From: Candidatus Sumerlaeaceae bacterium
GTDB lineage: Bacteria > Sumerlaeota > Sumerlaeia > Sumerlaeales > Sumerlaeaceae
Direction of reading: 5' to 3'
Assembly (NCBI GenBank): GCA_051003195.1
Contig: JBPCLP010000008.1
Span: forward strand, 96,001 to 160,000
Length of the DNA stretch: 64,000 bases
In this document: piece by piece, positions 57,693 through 64,000 of the stretch
Position numbering within the stretch: position 1 is the first letter of the stretch
How the letters are laid out: each line of letters starts with the position of its first letter
The notes under the pieces: model-generated
Database searches by the model: none
The model's input: only the letters and a program-made list of their open reading frames with translations
Told to the model about the DNA's origin: nothing
Translations under genes and position numbers: made by a program

Positions 57693-60081
57693 TATCGACG
57701 AGCTGCCGGCCCATGAGTTGCATGGCGGCGTCGCCATCGACCGGCGCCGAAAAGAAATAGCCCTGGGCAAAACTAGTGCCCAGCGTGCGCAGCATGTCCG
57801 CCTGCTCGCTTGTCTCAACGCCTTCGGCGACAACATCGAGGTTCAGCGTATTCGCGAGAACGAGGATGCAGCGGACGATCTCGGTCGTGTCCTCGGCCGA
57901 GCCCAATTTGTTGATGAAAGACCGGTCAATCTTCAGGGCGTTGAGCGGGAATACCGACAAATAGCTCAGGGAAGAGTAACCGGTCCCGAAGTCGTCGATC
58001 ATGAGCTGCACGTCCATGGCGCGCAATTCCGCTAGGAGCTTTCTTGCAGAATCGCCACCGTCCATCAGCGTGCTCTCGGTGATTTCAAGCTTCAGATGCT
58101 GGGCCGGTAAACCGGTCTCGAGTAATGCGGCAGCAATTACTTTTGGGAACCCAGGTTGAGCAAACTGCCGCCCCGAAACATTGACGCTGATGGTGACGGC
58201 AGACGATTCCGGTTGTTGTTCGAGCGTTTGACTCATCCACGAGCAGGCCTTGCCCAATACCCATTCGCCGATGGGCATGATCAGGCCGGTTTCTTCCGCC
58301 AGCGGGATGAACTCCATCGGAGGAACCAGCCCGTGGTCGGGGTGCTGCCAGCGGACCAGCGCCTCAAAGCCAATAATCTGCCCGCTACTCAACGATACGA
58401 TGGGCTGGTAGTGAAGGCGGAGCTGGTCACGCTCGATTGCACGCCGAAGATCGTTTTCCATGTGCAGCAACGCACGGACGCGCTGATGCATGGCGGTGTC
58501 GAAGATTTCAAAGCGCCCGCGGCCGCCACTCTTAGCGCGGTACATTGCGGTATCGGCGTCACGTAAAATATCTTCGGGACTGGAGTAGGTTGCTTTGCAT
58601 AATGCGATTCCAATACTCGTGCCGATAAACACTTCTTCTCCATCCAGCAGGAACGGTGTGGCGAGCGATTCAAGAATTCGCTCCGCCACCTTGGTTGCGA
58701 AGAACCCGTCGCTTTGCTCATGGATGTTGTCGAGAAAGACGGTGAATTCATCTCCGCCGAGCCGGGCGACGATGTCTTCCTGCCGCAGACATTTCAGCAG
58801 CCGCTGGGTCACTTCGACAAGCAACTGATCGCCAGCCATGTGGCCAAGACTGTCATTGATCACTTTGAAGCGGTCGAGATCCAGGAACAAAACGGCGAAG
58901 GCATAACCAGGATGCCGCTTGGCTCGCGCAACTGCGCGAACCAGGATATCGACGACCGTCGCGCGGTTTGGAAGCCCGGTCAACGAATCGTGGTAAGCGT
59001 CGTGGCGTAGTTTTTCTTCAGCCAGCTTACGATCGGTGATATCCAGCAAGCTGCCGGCCATGCGCACTGCACTGCCGTTGCCGTCACGAATTGCCTTTGC
59101 ACGCGCGCGAAACCAGCAGAAATCCCCCGACTTCGTCTGCAGCCGGAACTCCGCATCAAAATTCGTATTGTTCTCCAGGTGATTGCTAATGGCGTCCAGC
59201 GTGTGGCCTCGGTCGGCAGGGTGCAGGCGAGTTTCGAATGTATCAAAGGTGTCCTCGAGCTCGTCTTCCCCGTAACCGAGCAGCTCCTTATACCGCGGCG
59301 AGTAGTAGACGTCGTTGCTCAGCACATTCCAGTCCCACAGCCCGTCGTTGGAACCGCGAACTGCGATCTGGAAACGTTCCTGATTCAGGCGAAGAGCTCC
59401 CTCGGCCTGCTTTCGGTGGGCGTTTTCCTTCACGAGTTCCACGGTCCGGTTCGCATCGCGGCGCATCTCGGACAAGCTCTGCTTAATGGAGATAAGAAGA
59501 AACACGTCCTCGAAAACGACCCACCCGGCATGCTCCATTGTTCTCCAGACGCTGGCCGACAGAACCCCGTAAACGGACTGGGGCCAGTAAAGACCGCGAA
59601 CAAGATGGTCGACGGACACGACAACGGTGGCCGTGAGCAGCACACGCCAGTCGCGATAAAACGCGAGGAATGCGAGGGAGCCAAAAACGTGGAAGTGCGT
59701 TTCGATCTGGCCGCCAGTCAGGTGAATCAACAGGGCGGAGGTGAGCATCTGACCAATTGCGATGCTGTGGCGCGTCAACGTGGTGCCGGACCGCCAGATC
59801 GCGAGGTACACAGGAAACGCGGCTATGGCGCCGCCGAGGAGAATGGCCGCCCAGACATGCAGGTGCACGTGGCTCTGTGCGCCGGCCCAACTTTTTGGCG
59901 ACACCGTAAGCGCGATGACAATGCCGGCAATCCATTGAAAAATCATAAGCCCGGCAAACATGCGGTCGGTACGCTTGAAGATCTGTTTTAGGTGCTCTCT
60001 AAAGAGCCTGGACGCTTCGTCAGTCACCACTGCGGCAGACAGGCTGGATGCTATTGCAGTGGACACGATGTCTGGCAACAC
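57673..60081 (-). CDS. Membrane sensor-PAS-GGDEF-EAL protein
   Basis: TM domain with LIHLTGGQIETHFHVF; PAS; GGDEF; EAL; DDFGTGYSS. Confidence 0.93.
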   Translation of the reverse strand: MLPDIVSTAIASSLSAAVVTDEASRLFREHLKQIFKRTDRMFAGLMIFQWIAGIVIALTVSPKSWAGAQSHVHLHVWAAILLGGAIAAFPVYLAIWRSGTTLTRHSIAIGQMLTSALLIHLTGGQIETHFHVFGSLAFLAFYRDWRVLLTATVVVSVDHLVRGLYWPQSVYGVLSASVWRTMEHAGWVVFEDVFLLISIKQSLSEMRRDANRTVELVKENAHRKQAEGALRLNQERFQIAVRGSNDGLWDWNVLSNDVYYSPRYKELLGYGEDELEDTFDTFETRLHPADRGHTLDAISNHLENNTNFDAEFRLQTKSGDFCWFRARAKAIRDGNGSAVRMAGSLLDITDRKLAEEKLRHDAYHDSLTGLPNRATVVDILVRAVARAKRHPGYAFAVLFLDLDRFKVINDSLGHMAGDQLLVEVTQRLLKCLRQEDIVARLGGDEFTVFLDNIHEQSDGFFATKVAERILESLATPFLLDGEEVFIGTSIGIALCKATYSSPEDILRDADTAMYRAKSGGRGRFEIFDTAMHQRVRALLHMENDLRRAIERDQLRLHYQPIVSLSSGQIIGFEALVRWQHPDHGLVPPMEFIPLAEETGLIMPIGEWVLGKACSWMSQTLEQQPESSAVTISVNVSGRQFAQPGFPKVIAAALLETGLPAQHLKLEITESTLMDGGDSARKLLAELRAMDVQLMIDDFGTGYSSLSYLSVFPLNALKIDRSFINKLGSAEDTTEIVRCILVLANTLNLDVVAEGVETSEQADMLRTLGTSFAQGYFFSAPVDGDAAMQLMGRQLVDTSVPNP

Positions 60082-60677
60082 GCTGACTGGGTGTGGAACA
60101 GTTGGCAGCCGAAGGATTTGCTCGTCCGGACTTCCGGGTTTTCGTTATGTACGAGTGATGTGATTGCCGTTCTTCCGGGGTTGGCTCCGGAATGCCCGCG
60201 CGATCCGGTGATGCCACCGCTGAACAGCAAAGAGCCTTCCGGATCGTAGAAGAAAGTTTCGCCGGACACGGATGCATGGAATTTCTGCGCCTGGGCACCG
60301 AGATGGTCGAACGTGATTGTCACACCTGGTATTTCGGAGGCGGCTTGTCGCAGGTTGTTGTTCGGCCAGTCCTCGATGATGCCTTCTGGTTCCACAAAGA
60401 TAACGCGCGTATCGAGTCGCTCCCCGCTGGCGGCAACCAGCAGTGCCAGTTCTCCGAGGGTCGCTTTGCTGCAAGGACATCTCGGATGGAGAAATGTCAA
60501 CAGGGTGGGCTTGTGCGGGTTCCGAAAATATGCCGTATCATGGGGCCAGTTACCTGCAGGTGCACTGGCTTCCTTCGCCCCAAACTCATAGCTCAACATG
60601 GCATAAGACCCTACGCACAGGCTTCCGAACCACAGGACGGCAATGATTATAATGTGTATCGGAAGTTTGAGAATCAT
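60051..60677 (-). CDS. RedB-like membrane-anchored thioredoxin-fold protein
   Basis: TM, FLHPRCPCSKATLGEL, LLFSGGITGSRGH, FGCQLF; overlaps the sensor gene start; start approximate. Confidence 0.75.
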   Translation of the reverse strand: MILKLPIHIIIIAVLWFGSLCVGSYAMLSYEFGAKEASAPAGNWPHDTAYFRNPHKPTLLTFLHPRCPCSKATLGELALLVAASGERLDTRVIFVEPEGIIEDWPNNNLRQAASEIPGVTITFDHLGAQAQKFHASVSGETFFYDPEGSLLFSGGITGSRGHSGANPGRTAITSLVHNENPEVRTSKSFGCQLFHTQSACCQTSCPLQ

Positions 60678-61066
60678 GAGTTTACGTAAATGTGCAGGCA
60701 TAAATGTACGGGGCCCTACCCCAATGCACCTCACACATGGTCATGTTTATATCGAAATGTCGACTACAAAAACATCTTTCCATCTGCACGTGACAATCAG
60801 CCGGGACGCGCGTCAGGCTAACGACTTTGCCCGTGCTGTTGAGAGTATGAATTAAACTGAGGCGCGAGAGTCCGGTTTCCGGACACTTTTTGTTTGACCG
60901 AGCTTCGGCAGGCCCATAGTTCAAAGCGGAAAGTGTCATGAACTCGCCCGGAGCAGGGGCGAGGTCAGCGGCTGATCCGGTTATCACAAGCGGTTTGGTC
61001 GGTAACAGCACCGCAGACTCAGAGACCCATGGTGTTGTCCTCGCAGAAGGAGGGGTTGAAGCGTCC

Positions 61067-61999
61067 ATGACAAGTGGTTGTAATTGGATAAGGGCATGCG
61101 CCGTTAGCGTTTATACGCTGACAGTGGTCGCGTCGTCTTCTGCCGGCCCTGGAAAGTCCCCTGCCCCAGCCACCCCTCCCGAGTTGAACATTCGGATCGT
61201 GGGTACGGCAAGCTTCCAGGGAAAACAGACTGCGCTTGTTGAAGACCTGAACACCCGCTCGGACTCCTTTTACACGGTCGGTGATCCGATCTATGGTTAC
61301 AAGATCACAGCCATTGGCGCGGATGGTATCCACCTTGAGAAAGCCGGGCAAAAGAACTTTGTAGCGTTTGAACCGACGACGGTTCGCGCGGGAATCGGCG
61401 AAGCGCGGGGGCAGGTCGTGGTCGCAAACACTTATCTGCCGGCCGACGGAATCCCTGGCTCCACGTTGCCCAACTGCTATATTGACGCAGGAAAAACGAC
61501 TGCCGGCAAAACGCCGTGGGATTTGGCAACAGCCACAGTGGCGACGCGGGCAGGCAAGCTTCCGTCGATGGCCGGCAACGTGGTCGCGTCCGCCGCGTCC
61601 GGATTGTTCAGCCTGCCGCTGGCGAACTTCAAACGGCTGAGCAGCAGCTTTGGATATAGGAAGCACCCGATCGGCGGCGGATCGAAAATGCACAAGGGGC
61701 TGGATCTGTCGGCTAATCGCGGCACGCGGATAATGGCCGCGGATAATGGCACGATCACCTGGTCGGGGTGGAAGGGTGGCTATGGGTACTGCATCATCGT
61801 GGACCACCAGAACGGTTACGAGACGCTGTACGGACACTGCTCGAAGCTCATTGGCGATGTCGGGGATAACGTACGCCGAAACGATCTGATTGCTGAGGTT
61901 GGTTCGACGGGCGCGTCGACCGGAAATCACCTGCATTTTGAGGTGCATAAAAACGGCGTAGCTGTGGACCCGGAACCGTACCTGGCAAAATATTTGTAG
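61067..61999 (+). CDS. M23 peptidase with N-terminal GspC/PilP-like domain
   Basis: HKGLD, GYG, TLYGH, STGNHLHFE; GGAGG RBS before ATG 61067. Confidence 0.85.
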   Translation: MTSGCNWIRACAVSVYTLTVVASSSAGPGKSPAPATPPELNIRIVGTASFQGKQTALVEDLNTRSDSFYTVGDPIYGYKITAIGADGIHLEKAGQKNFVAFEPTTVRAGIGEARGQVVVANTYLPADGIPGSTLPNCYIDAGKTTAGKTPWDLATATVATRAGKLPSMAGNVVASAASGLFSLPLANFKRLSSSFGYRKHPIGGGSKMHKGLDLSANRGTRIMAADNGTITWSGWKGGYGYCIIVDHQNGYETLYGHCSKLIGDVGDNVRRNDLIAEVGSTGASTGNHLHFEVHKNGVAVDPEPYLAKYL

Positions 62000-62249
62000 G
62001 TACAATGGGGTGGCAGGTGTCGGATCGAAGTTGAAGTTGTCGGCCCGACGAATCCGGACAGTCGTTAACACGCCAGGCGTCGGCCCAGGCTAAAGCGTGT
62101 ACTCCGAGCATACTTCCAGGGTTAAGCTTCATACGCATCAGCAGCCTGGAAAGTACTGTACCGGCGCAGGGTGCGCCGTACGTTCTTGACCGGTCCCATT
62201 TCGTATCGCTGTGCATCAAGGAGTTGTTTAACTATAGGAGGCTTCCTGC

Positions 62250-63230
62250 ATGAAGCGGATATTCTTGTGTTCGATCACCCTGGCTGTGGCTGCGATTGTT
62301 TCAACGGCCTCCGCCCAGGATAAAAAGCCAACCATTGCAGTCATCCCGAAGGGAACGACGCACGAGTTCTGGAAGTCGGTACACGCGGGCGCGGTGAAGG
62401 CCTCGCAGGAACTTAACGTGGAGATTATCTGGAAGGGCCCGTTGAAAGAAGACGACCGGGAGGCACAGATCTCTGTCGTGGAAGACTTTATCAATCGCGG
62501 AGTGCAGGGAATCTGTCTGGCGCCGCTGGATGACGCCGCACTGCGGCCGGCCGTGCATAGCGCCGTGAGCGCCAAAATCCCGGTGGTGATCTTCGACTCG
62601 GACCTTAAGGGCGGCGAGTACGTAAGCTTTGTCGCAACCGACAACTTTAAGGGCGGACAGTTGGCAGGCGAGCAGTTGGCAAAGGCGATTGGCGGCAAAG
62701 GTAAAGTGGTGATGCTGCGCTATGCGGAGGGGTCAGCCAGCACAGGCAACCGTGAAAAGGGATTTCTGGATGCCATCAAAAAGTATCCTGATATTGAGGT
62801 GGTAAGCGAAAACCAGTACGGTGGGGCGACAACTGAGAGTGCGCAGAAGGCCAGTGAGAACCTGCTTGCTCCACTGAAGAGTGGCGATAACCTGAAAATC
62901 GACGGCATTTTTACATGTAATGAATCGACCACGTTCGGTATGCTCCGCACTTTGCAGGACGCCGGCCTGGCAGGCAATGTGAAGTTCGTGGGCTTTGATG
63001 CTTCCGCCAAACTGGTAGAAGCGCTCAAGAAGGGCGAGATCAATGGGCTGGTTTTGCAGAACCCGTTCAAAATGGGCTATACGTCCGTGAAAACGATAGC
63101 CGAGTCGCTAAAGGGCCAGAAGGTCGAGAAGCGCATCGACACGGGTGCCACCATGGTCACTAAAGAGAACATGGATCAGCCAGAGATAAAAGAGCTGATT
63201 CAGCCGGACCTGGAGAAGTGGCTGAAGTAA
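62250..63230 (+). CDS. Monosaccharide ABC substrate-binding protein (RbsB-like)
   Basis: IPKGTTHEFW, FDSD, ATDN, R..GF, GFD, QNPFKMGY; GGAGG RBS. Confidence 0.92.
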   Translation: MKRIFLCSITLAVAAIVSTASAQDKKPTIAVIPKGTTHEFWKSVHAGAVKASQELNVEIIWKGPLKEDDREAQISVVEDFINRGVQGICLAPLDDAALRPAVHSAVSAKIPVVIFDSDLKGGEYVSFVATDNFKGGQLAGEQLAKAIGGKGKVVMLRYAEGSASTGNREKGFLDAIKKYPDIEVVSENQYGGATTESAQKASENLLAPLKSGDNLKIDGIFTCNESTTFGMLRTLQDAGLAGNVKFVGFDASAKLVEALKKGEINGLVLQNPFKMGYTSVKTIAESLKGQKVEKRIDTGATMVTKENMDQPEIKELIQPDLEKWLK

Positions 63231-63273
63231 AGTGCCGACTCCGAGTTTTTAATCGGGCAGTGTTCTGGTTGGA

Positions 63274-64000
63274 TTAGACTACCCACATTCGGGTTTCAAA
63301 ATCCGCCTGCGGGATCTGAACCTGGAGGGGAGCACGCACGGGACACCGCTCGACCTCGCGTCCATCGACGTGCACGCCAACGTAGAAGTATAGCTCGTCG
63401 CCTGCTACCAGCCCGAGATCCGTAAATGGGATCGCAGCTTCTACGATAGACCCGGCACCGATCTGGCCGTTAAAAGGCATGTTCGTTCGTGTTCCATCTG
63501 AGAGTTCCTGGACCAGCATCTCCGGAAACTTTTCGAGCATGCAGCTCGGCGGTCTGCGGAGGTTGGACTGTACCGGGATGGAAAGCTGCCAGGTTGCAGG
63601 CATAATCACATTAATGCGCAGGTGAACTTTCTCGTTCTCGTGCTCCTGGATGAGCAGTTGTTTCGCATCCACGCGAAAAAAGAGTGTGTCGCTGTTGAAA
63701 GCAAAGTAGATGCGGTCGATCAGATGCTGCGCCTGGTGCATTGCGCCGCCGCCCATGGCAGGATCGTACCGGCCTGCGGCGAACCATTCGAAGAAGCTGG
63801 TGTCGCGCCCGTCGATGGTTGGATTAAGAAATGCTCGCGGAAGCAGAACATGCGTGGCGGTCGACTGCCGAACTTTAATCGGTATAAGAAGAAACGCGGG
63901 GGGTTGAAGCCCGACGGACTGGCAGGCAGCCATCAGGTGGTCGCGATAAAGCTGATCAAACTCTTCGTCCATACCCGATGAATGGTCTTCGCCGTACCAC
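63274..64000 (-). CDS. GH57-like glycoside hydrolase, C-terminal part (5' end outside the window)
   Basis: Frame continues to the edge as WYGEDHSSGMDEEFDQLYRDHL, then PTIDG...FFEW. Confidence 0.75.
   Translation of the reverse strand, partial: WYGEDHSSGMDEEFDQLYRDHLMAACQSVGLQPPAFLLIPIKVRQSTATHVLLPRAFLNPTIDGRDTSFFEWFAAGRYDPAMGGGAMHQAQHLIDRIYFAFNSDTLFFRVDAKQLLIQEHENEKVHLRINVIMPATWQLSIPVQSNLRRPPSCMLEKFPEMLVQELSDGTRTNMPFNGQIGAGSIVEAAIPFTDLGLVAGDELYFYVGVHVDGREVERCPVRAPLQVQIPQADFETRMWVV

Noticed and set aside
60795..60835. GGCAAA...GACGC on the minus strand upstream of the redB-like operon as a c-di-GMP-I riboswitch
   Set aside because: No GNRA tetraloop stem and no convincing P3; too degenerate to call without a covariance search.
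14933..61758. Long antisense or alternative-frame ORFs (e.g. 14933..15694, 21487..22377, 24334..25077, 28369..29172, 32732..33649, 59179..59991, 61019..62071)
   Set aside because: They overlap well-supported genes and have no recognisable motifs; typical shadow ORFs of GC-rich DNA.
63228..63274. Further element copy after the RbsB-like stop (agtgccgactccgag)
   Set aside because: Only about 15 nt of degenerate similarity; possibly a remnant but not supportable.

Overview
A 64-kb, moderately GC-rich chromosomal window from a diderm bacterium (beta-barrel porin, TolB). The protein style tentatively suggests Ca. Sumerlaeota/BRC1; this is an inference. It holds about 45 CDSs and one tRNA-Ala(GGC). 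Functions include two sugar ABC systems, a sodium:solute symporter, an AlgD-like dehydrogenase with a GT4, two GT-C-like membrane proteins, TolB, IspH, Dtd, an RdgC-like protein, an SF2 helicase, and two c-di-GMP enzymes flanking a 1588-aa cadherin-like-repeat protein. I saw no transposase, integrase, reverse transcriptase, prophage or CRISPR array. The main hidden structure is: (1) a dispersed ~100-bp non-coding element (8 full-length or near-full-length copies plus fragments) bounded by CYRG tetramers, with a covarying internal hairpin, whose boundary CTAG is the stop codon of four genes; (2) six correctly oriented sigma54-type -24/-12 motifs ahead of small or secreted genes, including two paralogues sharing a domain I do not recognise; (3) a HARP-like + UvsW-like helicase fusion; (4) a DUF309 gene with no canonical start, in frame behind the RdgC-like stop; (5) a RedB-like CxC protein coupled to a membrane PAS-GGDEF-EAL sensor; (6) a GspC/PilP-like domain fused to an M23 peptidase. 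All family calls come from motif recognition by eye, not database searches.
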